Positions 10,547 to 22,139 of a stretch of DNA of 64,000 bases are shown piece after piece. Each line of letters opens with the position of its first letter. The first letter of the stretch is position 1. The stretch lies in the NCBI GenBank assembly GCA_030704615.1, contig CM060732.1:10850001-10914000 (forward strand), written 5' to 3'. Below the pieces are notes generated by a model, which was given only the letters and a program-made list of their open reading frames with translations, was not told the DNA's origin and did not search any database. Made by a program: the position numbers and the translations under genes. The stretch comes from Takakia lepidozioides (lineage: Eukaryota > Plantae > Bryophyta).

Positions 10547-12052
10547 CTGTAGATCAAGTGTCTGAGGACCCTGAGGCCAGCAATGAGCAAGGTGGCGCCA
10601 AAGATATACATGAGGATTCAGTTGTGTTGGACTACCTCCGCACTGGAGACACTGCAGCCACTGTGACTGCCAAGGAGAGGGATCGGATCCTACAACGAGC
10701 CAAGAGGTTCAAGTGGGAGGGGACACACCTGCTCCGAGTGTGGGAGGATGGTCGAGTGAGGATTGTGCCTCACCCAACACAGCGGGCACGGTTAGTGCGG
10801 CATGCCCATGAGGAGTTGGGGCATTTTGGGGTGCGACGCACTCATAGTCTACTGCAGGGGCAGTATTGGTGGCGTGGTATGCACACAGAGGTGCAACAAT
10901 TTGTGGCTAGGTGCATGGTGTGTGACAGGGTGCGTGCTTCATTCAACGCCCCTACTCCACAATTGCACCCTCTTCCGATCATGGGATTGGGCTACAGGTG
11001 GAGTCTTGACTTCGCAGGGCCGTTGCCACTGACCATGCGCCACAACAAGTACGTGTTGGTGATGGTGGAGCACTTCTCCAAGTGGATTGAATTGGTTCCA
11101 TTGCCTGATAAGGCTAGTGAGGGAGCTGCGTATGCATTCTTGGATTGTGTGCTTAGCCGATTCGGTGCTCCAGCTGAGGTACTCACGGACCAAGGGAGAG
11201 AGTTCTTGGGGGAGTTTCAGGCTTTGTGTGACAAGGCCTTGATAGACCACCGCACCACTTCTCGGGATCATCCTGAGGCCGATGGCTTGGCAGAGAGAGT
11301 TGTTCAGACAGTAAAGAGGGGTTTGCGCAAGTATGGCTTGCAGAAGGGACACCTAGGAGATTGGGACCTTCAGTTACCCTGGTTAGCCATGGGCTACAGG
11401 TTCAGCAAGCAAGCATCACTTGCCTCCTTCTCACCATACTTTCTTCTCTTTGGCCGAGAGCCGGATTTGCCTACATCCATTCGCAGAGAAGCTGCTACAG
11501 TTCTTAACCTTGACGATCCGGACGTGTGGGCACGTGCATGTGAGCAGCGTGCAGAGTTGTTCAAGAAAGTCATGCCCATGGCTTTCGAGAACCTTGCCAT
11601 TGCACAACATCGTGATACGTTGAGGTATGCTACCATACGTGGTGGGGCTATCGTCCTGGGGTTCGGAGATTCAACCCTGGTGACTATGTTTATCTGCAGC
11701 AGACTGCTCCTACGACCTTGGATGTGACTGCAGGACGTACTATTTTGAGGGTTCGAGAGGTGTTGCCCTCAGGAGTCCTGATCTTGGAGGGTCGGGATGG
11801 CATGATTTGGAAGGACCATGTGCGTAATTGCGCGCCATGTCACCTTCCAAATGTTGATGGAAGGGTTGACCCAAACCTGGCAGTGTAGTGGTACCTGCAA
11901 GTTTGAGGTGCATGTTGTGTGGGTCTGCTAGAGGGGCAGCCACCATGCTGGTGTGTGATCAATGCTCTAGAGGTTGGCATATGGGATGCTTGACTCCACC
12001 TCTTGAGATGGTTCCTGATGGGGATTGGTTATGTCCGCATTGCATTGGATAG
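10547..12052 (+). CDS. pol: DDE integrase with C-terminal PHD finger (copy A)
   Basis: HHCC (HAHEELGH…CMVC), WSLDFAGP, LTDQGREF, GLAERVVQ; C-terminal CMLCG…MLVCDQCSRGWHMGCLTPPL..VPDGDWLCPHC, stop at 12050-12052. Confidence 0.92.
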
Positions 12053-12295
12053 TGGGAGTGGATACAACCATGGAAGGCTAACAAGAAATGCAAGGCCAAG
12101 CTACTAGGAGACCAACACACGAGATCCTGACTCAAGTTCACAGATTGCAAGACGGCAACTAACGATGGGGTTGCTCTTGTACCCGGCCTCTTGGTCTATA
12201 GAGTTTGAGTACAATAGGGACAGTGATAGAGGACTTAGTACGGCTGTGGCTATTACATCTTGTAGCTATCTGGAGTTAGAGGGACCTAACCACCA

Positions 12296-12309
12296 GCTAG
12301 GGGGGCGAT
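12296..12309 (+). promoter_or_regulatory. Polypurine-tract-like sequence before repeat B1
   Basis: GCTAGGGGGGCGAT directly before TGTGGTATAGC; equivalent tract at ~19127-19140 in copy B. Confidence 0.7.
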
Positions 12310-12881
12310 TGTGGTATAGCTTTCTAGGATTGTGTGCTTAGATTGTGTGGTGGACAGCGATGTATGTTGTTGTGGCACGATGCTTAGGTGCCGACAGCTG
12401 TCATGGTTTTAGTCATGGTTATCTAGAATTACCTACTTCTAGTTAACTAGGACATTTTAGATATTTATATTTATATTTTGTGTGTTGGGACTTCATTGGT
12501 TCACATGCCAAGTGAGGTGTCGAGCCTCACTTGAGACATGGAGATAGGTTTTCCCCTTGTGAGTGTTGAGGAGGCTAATCTTCTTGTAGTTGAGCCTCCA
12601 TGAGCTTCTCTCACCTCCATAGCTATGGTATTGAGGGGAGTGTGTGAGGGCTTGTAGGGTGGGATTCCTTTAGAAGGTGCACTTGTGCTTGACTTAGTTT
12701 ATGTGATTAGAGTGGATTGCACTTGGAAGGGACTAGGCTTGGTCAATGTGATTGCTTCATGCTTTGAGAGCTTTCATTGTCTTCTACTTCTCTCATTTCT
12801 CATCTCTTATCTAGGACTGTGTGCTTAGATTGTGTGGTGGACAACGATGTATGTTGTGGCACGATGCTTAGGTGCACGACA
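12310..12881 (+). repeat. 3' terminal repeat block of copy A: B1 (12310-12396) - GC - A2 (12399-12811) - B2 (12812-12881, 5'-truncated)
   Basis: B = tgtggtatagc…gcacgaca (~85 bp) occurs twice around A2. Confidence 0.9.
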
Positions 12882-13970
12882 AGGTCATGACCAAGGCATG
12901 GTGGATAGATTTGCCCAGCTAGAGCAACGTCTTGCTGCCATGGCCACTACTCATGTTGCGCCAGCTCCAAGGCTTGAGGTTCAAGCCCCACCTGCACAAC
13001 CTCCTATGCCTAGGGAAGATAAGATTGGTATGGGCTTCATGTGTGGAGCCGCACTTGCAGGGCCATTGCATGTATTGGACTCTGCTGCTGCTGTCACTCG
13101 AGCAGCAACGCGTGCTCCTGAGCCAAGAGGAGCGGATGTGGATTTTGATCCACAAAGGGGGGAAACAAGTCGTCAGACCAGGCTTCCACAGTCCATTACA
13201 TTGGCTGAGACAGTGCCACCTACGCCATCAATGGCACCCGCTTGCCCAAGTGTGTCAGAGGTAGAGCCACGAGTGTCATTAGGGAGAGTTGGTGTGGCTC
13301 GGGAAATGCTAGTGGGTGATGCTGCAAAACACGATGCAGCCAGTACATTGTTGGGGGCGGCTACGGCGGTTTGCCAAGCTCCATTATTTTCTGTAATGAC
13401 CATTGCAATGCCGGGGATTTGGCCAGCTGCTGTGTTCATACTAGCAGTTAGACTCTGTGAGAGTGGTGATGCATCGGCACTATCTGCGGAGATAGCAGAT
13501 AAGGTACAGTCTATGGATGCTTTGGATTCGAGGGTGAAGTCAGCCACAGCTGCGCCATGGCAAGCGACAGTTGCAAGGTTGCAGGAGTTGCCAGCTAGGC
13601 CAGCCATTGAGCGCAGCATGATGACTCCTGAGGTAGTCCTGGTGGACAATCAGGATGGAGTGTTTCAATTGGGTGGCCCAACCTGGAGGAGGTATAGGCC
13701 ACTGCGGGTCTTGTTGGACTCGGGAGCACAGCCATTGATGTTGGGGAGAGCAGCAATTGCAGGCTTGGGCCTTACAGAGGCAAATTTGGAGCCTTGCCCT
13801 TTCCAAATTCAAACATCTTTGGGTGGTTTAGAGAAGGTGCGAGGGATTACACGCCATGAGCTCTTCATTCGATTGCAGCCGGACCATCCTACGGACGGCT
13901 CAGTCATGAGAGCTTACGAACGCGATCTCTTATGATGTGCTTGTTGGTGGGGCTGTGTTGTACCCCATGG
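12882..13970 (+). pseudogene. Gag C-terminus and protease of copy B
   Basis: ORF 12832-13935 with VLLDSGAQPLMLG; homologous to 6140-7210. Confidence 0.88.
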
Positions 13971-15400
13971 ATGATTTGGGCCGGCATGGTGCAATTGACT
14001 TGGTGATAGCTGGATGGCCTTGCCAAGGACACTCTCCCGCAAGTCATGGGAATGGCTTGCATGAGGCACGATCACATTTGTTTTGGGAGATGTTGAGAGT
14101 GTTGCGTGACTTGCAGACGAGGCAACTGCAACCTCTAGCCTATATCTTGGAGAATGTTCCTCTTATGGGGGACTCTCGGGCCAAGGTTATGGCCAGTGTG
14201 CATCAGGTGCGGTCGTGGATTAGATCAGCGGTGCTATTGGATGCAGTAGCGGTGGGATCACGAGTGCATCGACCTCGATTGTGGTGGACCAATCTTGCAC
14301 CACCAGAGCTGCTCAAGAGAGCATACGATTCCATTCAACGGCCACCCAATCTCACAGTTGAGGGCATTTTGGACCAAGGGAGGCAACCACAAAGGGTGCG
14401 ACATGATGACCGTCCACCTCTAGCAGTAGTAAATCGAGTGGGGCAGCCACGTGTAGCCTTGCCTACGTTCATGAGCTTTCCCTCGTCTCATGCTTTTCGA
14501 GACAATGGTCCTTGGTTGATTTGGGACAGTGTGCTACAGCAATTGGTGGAGCTCAATGCGGATGAGCAGGCTTTACTTTGGACTTTTGGGAGGAAATGAC
14601 ATCCTACAGGCCGGAATGGCAGTCAGGGGGTCGACGTGCACTGCTCCCAGTGCGGTTTATTGGGAATGTAGCGGTGGATCATAGGAACATGATGCCCACA
14701 TTGGCTGCATTCTCAAGGGTGGTGGCTTGGGGTGGTGACCTCTTGGAGGGCAATGGCCATGCAGATGATAGGCCACCACCTGATGAGGACAAACAATTGG
14801 CATACAAGGCTGAGTTGCTTTCTCATGTTCTTGTGCATAGCTCATTGTGGAATACAGTTGGGGATTTGCAGTGAGTGACAATTGCAAGCCAGTGTGTGCA
14901 GCAAGCATGGCATGATACCTTTCCATCGGTAGGTGAGGGGAATTCAGTTACATCACCTGGACCTCCTCAATTAGCTCCATTGGACACAATGCCTATTATC
15001 TGGCAACAACCTGACTCAAGCATTTGTTTGCTAGAACTGTTTGGAGGCATGAGCACTGGGCTTGCAAGAGTGTTGCAAGTTGGGATTAAAGTACGAAAGT
15101 ACTTGTATGTGGAGAAGGATGAGATAGCTCGGCATATTTCTATGTGCCACGTTGCCTTGCTCACACACCAGTATCCTGAGCTGCTGCCTTTCTCAGCAAT
15201 TCAAGGGTACCAAAAGGCCTTGCCAGCAGACATTACTTTGTTGGGGGAGCAGGCAATGGGTTTTGCCACGGGCACTACAGCTGTGCCAGCTCTATCAGAG
15301 GCATCACGACGCCAGGTGTTGGGTCAGGCAATGGATCTCAATTGCTTGACATGGGTCATAGGCTTGTGCATGGCTGAGCAATGGATATTGCAAACATTGG
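13971..15400 (+). pseudogene. DNMT3-like domain of copy B, internally rearranged (motifs IV-VIII placed before motif I)
   Basis: 13971-14570: IAGWPCQ, ILENV, HRPRLWWTNL; 15030-15253: LLELFGGMSTG, YVEKD; 15253-15380: AMGFATGTT, RRQVLGQAM. Confidence 0.85.
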
Positions 15401-15741
15401 TGGCTACTTCTGTACTTCCATTGGATATTGCACCATCTCTGCTAACCAGGACGGTGGAGGCAGTGAGTGGGGGCGAGCACAGGATGATGGGGTGCAAACA
15501 CCCATGGCAGATGTATGATAAGATGCGCAAACAAAGGGAAATTGGATCTCTCAAGCAGCAGTATGAGGAGTGAGGAGAGCCATACACTGAGGATCAGTTG
15601 GAGGCCAAGGTGACCAATGTTTTTGAAGAAGTTGAGAATGTTTCTTCCCCAGAGGATGTTCTCAAGGTGGCTATGGCGGAGCAAGTGGAGGCTACGTCAC
15701 GGTCAAGGTGGGTAGATAAAGCCCAAGAGGTTGCTATCTAG

Positions 15742-18700
15742 CAACCAAAGGATGCGTCTCCTACTTCCAAGCCTGGTGTACCCAAGGTTGCAGTCACTGA
15801 GGACAACTGGGAACCAGATGTTGAACCTACTGTCACCGGAGGAGAGAGGCGGAGGATCCAGCGATTTCCAAGGGCTTATAGAAATTGCTTTGCCTTCGGT
15901 TTAAAGGATTTGGGGAGTTTGAAGGGCCAGGAGATTTGGATTGATTTGGCAAGTGACACGCCAATTTTTCGAAGGCCCTACAGGTATAGTGATATGGAGA
16001 GGTCTTTGATCCAGTCACGGACTATGGAGTTGTTCGAAGCTGGATTGGTGGAGTTGTCTGGCGGGGAGTATGCCTCGGCAACGATGATGCTAGCTAAGAA
16101 GGATATCTATGGCAATTGGATAGAAAGGAGGATGTGTGGGGATTACCGTCCTATGAACCGTCAGACTAAGTCCAATAGATATGTCATGCCAACTCCAGAG
16201 GAAATCTTTGATGTCATTGGGCATGCAAAGGTATTTAGTACATTGGACTTACGATCGGGTTATCACCAGTTGCCAATCAAAGAGGTTGACAAGCAAAAAC
16301 GACATTCTGGGGGATTAACCAGCATGGGAAGGATTGTTTGTACCAATGGCGCTTCCTACCATTTGGGTTGAAGAATGCTCTTGCAGAGTTTCAGAGGGTC
16401 ATGGATAGGATTCTTGTGGGGCTAGACTTTGCCCGGTGCTACATTGATGACATCATCATCTTTAGTGCTACGATTGAGGAGCACGAGAGACACCTTCATA
16501 TGGTGTTTGAGCGTTTGAGAGCGCATGGGTTGAAATTGCACCTTGGGAAGTGTAAGTTCTTCCACAACCAGATTGAGTATCTGAGCCACATGATATACCC
16601 TGGAGGATTGGGTGTTCAAAAGACGAAGGTGGAGGCCATTGCACGCATTCCACGCCCCATCGATGTTAGCAGAGTTCGTGCTTTCATGGGGTTGGCAAAC
16701 TACTATCGACAGTTTGTCAAGGGATTTAGCAGCATTGCAAAGGCTCTTACCAAGTTGACCAAGGTGGGTCAGGAGTGGCAGTGGGAGGAGGGGCAGGAGG
16801 AAGCCTTTGAGGAACTCAAGGGCTCGATTGACTTCTGCGCCTATTCTGAGGCGGCCTATTTGGGGGCGGTCTTTCGAGCTACATACGGATTGGAGTATGC
16901 TAGGGATTGGAGCAGTGCTCACACATGTGGATGATGAGGGAAGAGAGTTCGTAGTGGCATATGCTAGCCGCTCGAACAATGATACCGAGACAAAGTATAG
17001 TTCTTATGAAGGGGAGTGTCTAGCTGCAGTATGGGCAGTGGCTCATTTTAGATGCTACCTCTATGGCAATCTCTTCACCTTTGTCACGGATCACCAACCA
17101 TTGAAGTGGTTGATGGAGTCAGACAAGCTTACAGGGAAGCTTGCACGGTGGGCACTTATGCTTTAAGAATACGACTTCCAGGTGGTGCATCGAGCCGGAA
17201 TAGTCAATCGGTATGCGGATGGATTGAGTCGCAATCCATGCACAAGTGAGCTTGATGATACAGGAGCTCATTGGCATGGTGAAACGGACGAGGAGATGGT
17301 GCCAGGATGGCATGCATCTGCCTTTTTATGCATTCTAGCAATGGGAGCTCAAGGTGGTCCATCCCATGTGATTAGTCATAGAGATAATATGCATGACGAT
17401 CCAGAGATCAGTGAGGAGCTTGGTGGTGCTAAAGATGTACATGAAGATTCAGCAGTGTTGGCCTACCTTCATACTGGAGAGACAGTAGCCAGTGTGACTG
17501 CTAAGGAGAGAGATCGGATCCTACAACAAGCCAAGAGGTTCAAGTGGGAGGGGACTCACCTACTCCGAGTATGGGAGGATGGACGAGTGAGGATTGTGCC
17601 TCATCCAACACAACGAGCGCGATTGGTATGCCATGCCCATGAGGAGTTGGGACATTTTGGGGTGCGGCGCACTCATAGTTTGCTGCAAGGACAGTATTGG
17701 TGGTGGGGCATGTACACGGATGTGCAACAGTTAGTGGCAAGGTGCATGGTGTGTGATAGAGTGCGGGCTCCTTTCAATGCACTTACTCCACAATTGCATC
17801 ATTTACCCATTATGGGTTTGGGCTATCGTTGGAGTCTTGACTTCGCAGGCCCATTGCCATTAACGATTCGCCATAACAAGTATGTGCTGGTGATGGTGGA
17901 ACATTTCTCCAAATGGATTGAACTGGTGGCATTGCCTGACAAGGCAAGTGAGGGGGCTGCGTACGCATTCTTAGATCGAGTGCTTAGCCAATTTGGTGCT
18001 GCCAGCCGAGGTACTCACGGACCAGGGGAGAGAGTTCTTGGGGGAGTTTCAGGCTTTGTGTAAGCAAGCCTTGATAGATCACCGCTACTTCTCGGGATCA
18101 TCCCGAGGCTGATGGCTTGGCTGAGAGGGTTGTGTAAACAGTCAAACAAGGCTTGCGCAAGTATGGCTTGCAGAAGGGACACTTGGGAGATTGGGACCTT
18201 CAGCTACCTTGGTTGGCCATGGGCTACAGATTTAGAAAGCAAGCATCACTTGCCTCGTTCTCGCCTTATTTCCTTCTCTTTGGCCGAGAGCCAGATTTGC
18301 CTGCATCTATTCGCAGGGAGACTGCAGTAGTCCTCAACCTTGATAATCCGGATGTGTGGACACAAGCATATGCCCAGCGGGCAGAGTTGTTCAAGAGAGT
18401 CATGCCTATGGCTTTTGAGAACCTTGCTATTGCCCAACACCGAGACACATTGAGGTACGTCACTATACGTGGATGAGGATATCGGCCAGGTGTTTGGCGT
18501 TTCCATCCTGAGGACTATGTGTATCTGCAGCAGACAGCGTCTACGACCTTGGATGTCACAGCAGGTCGTGTGATTCTAAGGTCCGAGAGGTGTTGCCTTC
18601 AGGAGTGCTGATTCTAGAGGGTCGAGATGGCATGGTATGGAAGGACCATGTGCGCAATTGTGCGCCATGTCACCTTCCACATATGGATGGGAGGATACAT

Positions 18701-18877
18701 CCCAACCTTGCAGTGGTACCTGCAGGGTTGCGTTGCATGCTATGTGGGCATGCTGGTGGTGCCGCGACCATGTTGGTGTGTGACAAATGCTCAAGGGGGT
18801 GGCACATGGGATGCTTGACACCGCCACTTGAGGAGGTTCCTAGTGGAGAATGGTTGTGTCCACGATGCCTTGGATAG
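15742..18877 (+). pseudogene. pol: RT-RNaseH-integrase-PHD of copy B (stops and frameshifts)
   Basis: YIDDII, LHTDWS, WSLDFAGP, PHD CMLCGHAGGAATMLVCDKCSRGWHMGCLTPPLEEVPSGEWLCPRC; premature TAA at 17164-17166 and ~18135. Confidence 0.92.
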
Positions 18878-19140
18878 ACGTAGTGGGGCATGACAGGGGT
18901 GAGGTTGACAAATGATCCAAGGTCTAGCTAACGGGAGTTCAATGCCATGGACACCCAATTGAAGCCATGGATTACAGGAAGGCGAATAACGATGGGGCTA
19001 CTTTTGCACCCGGCCTCTTGATCTATTGCCTTCAAATACTGGGACTTGGGCGATTGATGACCAAGCGATGATCTTATTGGGATGGATACTTGTCAGCTAT
19101 CCGGTGTTAGAGGGACCTAATCACCAGCTAGGGGGACGAT

Positions 19141-19683
19141 TGTGGTATAGCTTTCTAGGATTGTGTGCTTAGATTGTGTGGTGGACAGCGATGTATGTTG
19201 TGGCACGATGCTTAGGTGCACGACAGCTGTCATGGTTTTAGTCATGGTTATCTAGAATTACCTACTTCTAGTTAACTAGGACATTTTAGATATTTATATT
19301 TATATTTTGTGTGTTGGGACTTCATTTGGTCTCACATGCCAAGTGAGGTGTCGAGTCTCACTTGGGACATGGGGATAAGGTTTCCCCCCTTGTGTGAGGA
19401 TGGAGGAGGCTCATCTTCTTGTAGTTGAGCCTTCATGAGCATTTCTCACCTCCATAGCTCTAGGTATTGAGAGGGAGTGTGGTGAGTGCTTTGTAGGGTG
19501 GATTCCCTTAGCAAGGGTGCCCTTGGCTTGACTTAGTTAATATGATTGAGTGGATTCATGAGTGGAGGGTTTCCATTATGTTCACTTTCATTATCTATTG
19601 TGGTATAGCTTTCTAGGATTGTGTACTTAGATTGTGTGGTGGACAACAATGTATGTTGTGGCACGATGCTTAGGTGCACGACA
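19141..19683 (+). repeat. 3' terminal repeat block of copy B: B1 (19141-19225) - GC - A (19228-19596) - AT - B2 (19599-19683)
   Basis: Same B-A-B arrangement as copy A, with a full-length B2. Confidence 0.9.
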
Positions 19684-20052
19684 CATCCATGGTTCATTTA
19701 TCATGCCAATTTTTCATCCCGGGAGTCCAGGCCTCACAAGTTCTGGTTTTGCCCTGATGACATTCAACTTTGTGTGATGGGGACTTGTCGGGATTCAGTC
19801 ATCACTAAGCCTCAAATTCCAACTGTGTGGCCAGTGAAGGTGGGAACATGTTTGTCGAAGCAAGAAATTGAGATGCTGGAGGATGGCACCGGGTTTTGTC
19901 TTCCAAGAGGCCCAACTGTCATAATACCAGTTTCATGTCGGGGTTCGCAATCCGCACTCCCCCCACGTCCACCACATGGGAACGACTGGCCTACGAAACG
20001 AAATGGAAAAGTGGTCTGTCGTGTTGAGGCAGGTCCCGAAAACCAGTGCTAA
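19684..20052 (+). pseudogene. Fragment of an unidentified, probably transposon-associated ORF that copy B inserted into
   Basis: Protein-like reading HPWFIYH…KFWFCPDDIQLCVMG…PTVWPVKVGTCLSKQEIEMLE begins exactly at the element end. Confidence 0.35.
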
Positions 20053-20094
20053 ATTGAGTCAGCAAGAACCCTACATCCATTTATCTTTTGGATG

Positions 20095-20149
20095 AATTTT
20101 TTTTCGGGTGAATTGTTTTGGGGTTGTTGGTTTTTCCATGAATTGTCAT

Positions 20150-20184
<35 letters not shown>

Positions 20185-20552
20185 CCCCCCCGAATGTGCC
20201 AGATTAAGGTGTCGTCAATGACATCTTAATTCCCAGTACGAGTTGGCACATGACAATTCATGGAAAAACCAAAAACCCCAAAAAAATTCACCCAAAAAAT
20301 TTCAACCCAAAAAAATCTGATGGCGTTGCCTTGGCGGTAAGGCGGTGTGTGTGCAGGTGCTAGGGATTAAGGTGTCGTCAATGACATCTTAATTCCCAGT
20401 ACGAGTTGACACATGACAATTCATGGAAAAACCAAAAACCCCAAAAATTTCAACCCAAAAAAAATCTGATGGCGAACAAGCCTTGGCGGTAAGGCGGTGT
20501 GTGTGCAGGTGCTGGGGATTAAGGTGTCGTCAACGACATCTTAATTCCCAAT
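20095..20552. repeat. Inverted plus tandem repeat block with poly-T and palindromic ATTAAGGTGTCGTCAATGACATCTTAAT cores
   Basis: 20100-20150 is inverted relative to 20248-20300; ~155-165-bp unit repeated ~2.3 times. Confidence 0.75.
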
Positions 20553-22139
20553 ACGTGTTTTGAAATTTTTATTTATAAAGCACGAGTTCACCTCTCTGCC
20601 TTCTGTAGATTTGGATGTCAGCCTCTCTCTCAACCTTGGATACCTGGAAAAATGACAAGTAACCCCTCCTCAATCAACAAAGCAATGTGGATTCATTGTT
20701 GGCAATATACATTGCACTTTCATAATTGATTTGCAAGCAAGACTATCATGGTTTAAGGGATTTCGGAGCTCGGGGGATTTCGGAGCTACTACTACAAAAC
20801 AACTTTGTATTATTGCATTTATTTCATTCATCCATGTCTCATTCATCATACAAACATTCATTCATTCATCATCCGCCATTCATCCCAGCAGCAACCATAA
20901 CCGAGCTTGTAATACTGGCCACTCTGCGCAGTCTTCTAAGTTGAGTAGGCGTCCGCGGTTATAGGTGGGCAGATCCTGAAGCGTGAGCAGATTTCTGCTC
21001 ACGGAATTTTCTGCTCGCAGGATCTGCTCACAGAATAGCATCCCCCAGGGCGGTGTTCAGAATGACATCTGGTAATTGACAAGCATACACCTTTCTGCCT
21101 CGGTTGTCCCACCATTGACTGGGGTCAGAAAAGTATTCATTTCACAGTTTCTCCTCATCTCTGTTACCTGTTTTTGGATACTACACACATGTATATATAA
21201 ATTAACAAGTACACATATCAGAGTAAATAAGGAAGACAGCGGGGGAACACTGGTATTGTGGCTGGTATGAAAAAACTGATACCGGCCTAGTCTGATATAT
21301 GACAAAGTATTTTCCCAAACGATACCAGTTTGGTCTAGTATCTAATACCAGTGCATATACCAATAAAGAATGCCCCTGAGGTGCAAGCAGGGAGAGCACC
21401 TGTGAGAATGCTAACTATTCAGGGAAGACAACACCAAAAAATGAGGAATTGAAGGGCATGCATGTGGAAAAAGATGGTAATGTGTACCAAAATCATAGGA
21501 AAGGAGGAATAGCGAAGAAGAGTGACAACAAAGGAACCATCAACACTTACCAAGATGTCACATGTGAAACATGCACAGGTCTGGAAAATAAACAAAGAAG
21601 TGGAGAAAGTACATGTGTGAGGGCAGTGCATCAAAGCACTAACACTTGGCAACATGAAGACAAAGCTAAGATGGTTAAGGGTACAAAAGATGGACCAAAA
21701 TCTGAACAGAAGAGGGACAAACATGGGTTGGACATTGAAGGAGCTACTCAGATAGAAAGGGAGACAATGAGTGGGGACTTATCTTTTTTTATGAAGACTG
21801 GGAGAAGTTCAGGTGCTGAGGACCTACACATAAAAGAAATGCATCAGCAAACAAAGGTTGGACTGCAGTCATGAAAAGATGACACTGAGGCAAGGGAAGT
21901 TCAGATTGCATGTCAAGATGCACATGACAAGAGAGGAAGCAAGCAAGTAGGGTCCTAGAAAGTCATGACAATCTGAAAACAGTGACAGAGCAAGCATGAG
22001 GGCAACATCTATGATAAACCAGCATGGGCACGAGATTCTTGAAAGAGGAGCAAGGCCATCAAGGCAGGGCATCAGGACTTTCATGTTTCAATGGTGTTTT
22101 CGTGTGCTTTCAATGGTGCTTTCATGTTTCAATGCTGCT

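Larger units (their letters stand above)
1815..12881 (+). mobile_element. Ty3/gypsy-type retrotransposon copy A, full length (~11 kb), with DNMT3-like and PHD domains and split terminal repeats
   Basis: Starts TGTCATG, ends CACGACA; AGGT on both sides (1811-1814, 12882-12885); domain order gag-PR-DNMT-RT-RH-IN-PHD. Confidence 0.92.
1..19683 (+). mobile_element. Ty3/gypsy-type retrotransposon copy B (host copy; 5' end outside window) carrying DNMT and PHD domains; interrupted by a solo LTR and by copy A
   Basis: gag at 1-1033 and 1764-1814 resumes at 12882 (…QDQG|HDQGMVDRFAQLEQRLAAM), followed by PR, DNMT, RT, RH, IN, PHD and a terminal B-A-B repeat ending …GCACGACA at 19683; collinear with copy A. 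Confidence 0.9.

Noticed and set aside
1815-12881. Classification as a DIRS/Ngaro tyrosine-recombinase element because of the split repeats and a methyltransferase
   Set aside because: It has an aspartic protease, HHCC-DDE integrase and a TSD. No tyrosine-recombinase ORF was seen, and the MTase is C5-type, not the DAM-like domain of DIRS.
21400-22100. Purine-rich ORF 21449-21874
   Set aside because: No identifiable domain; probably degenerate repeat DNA.
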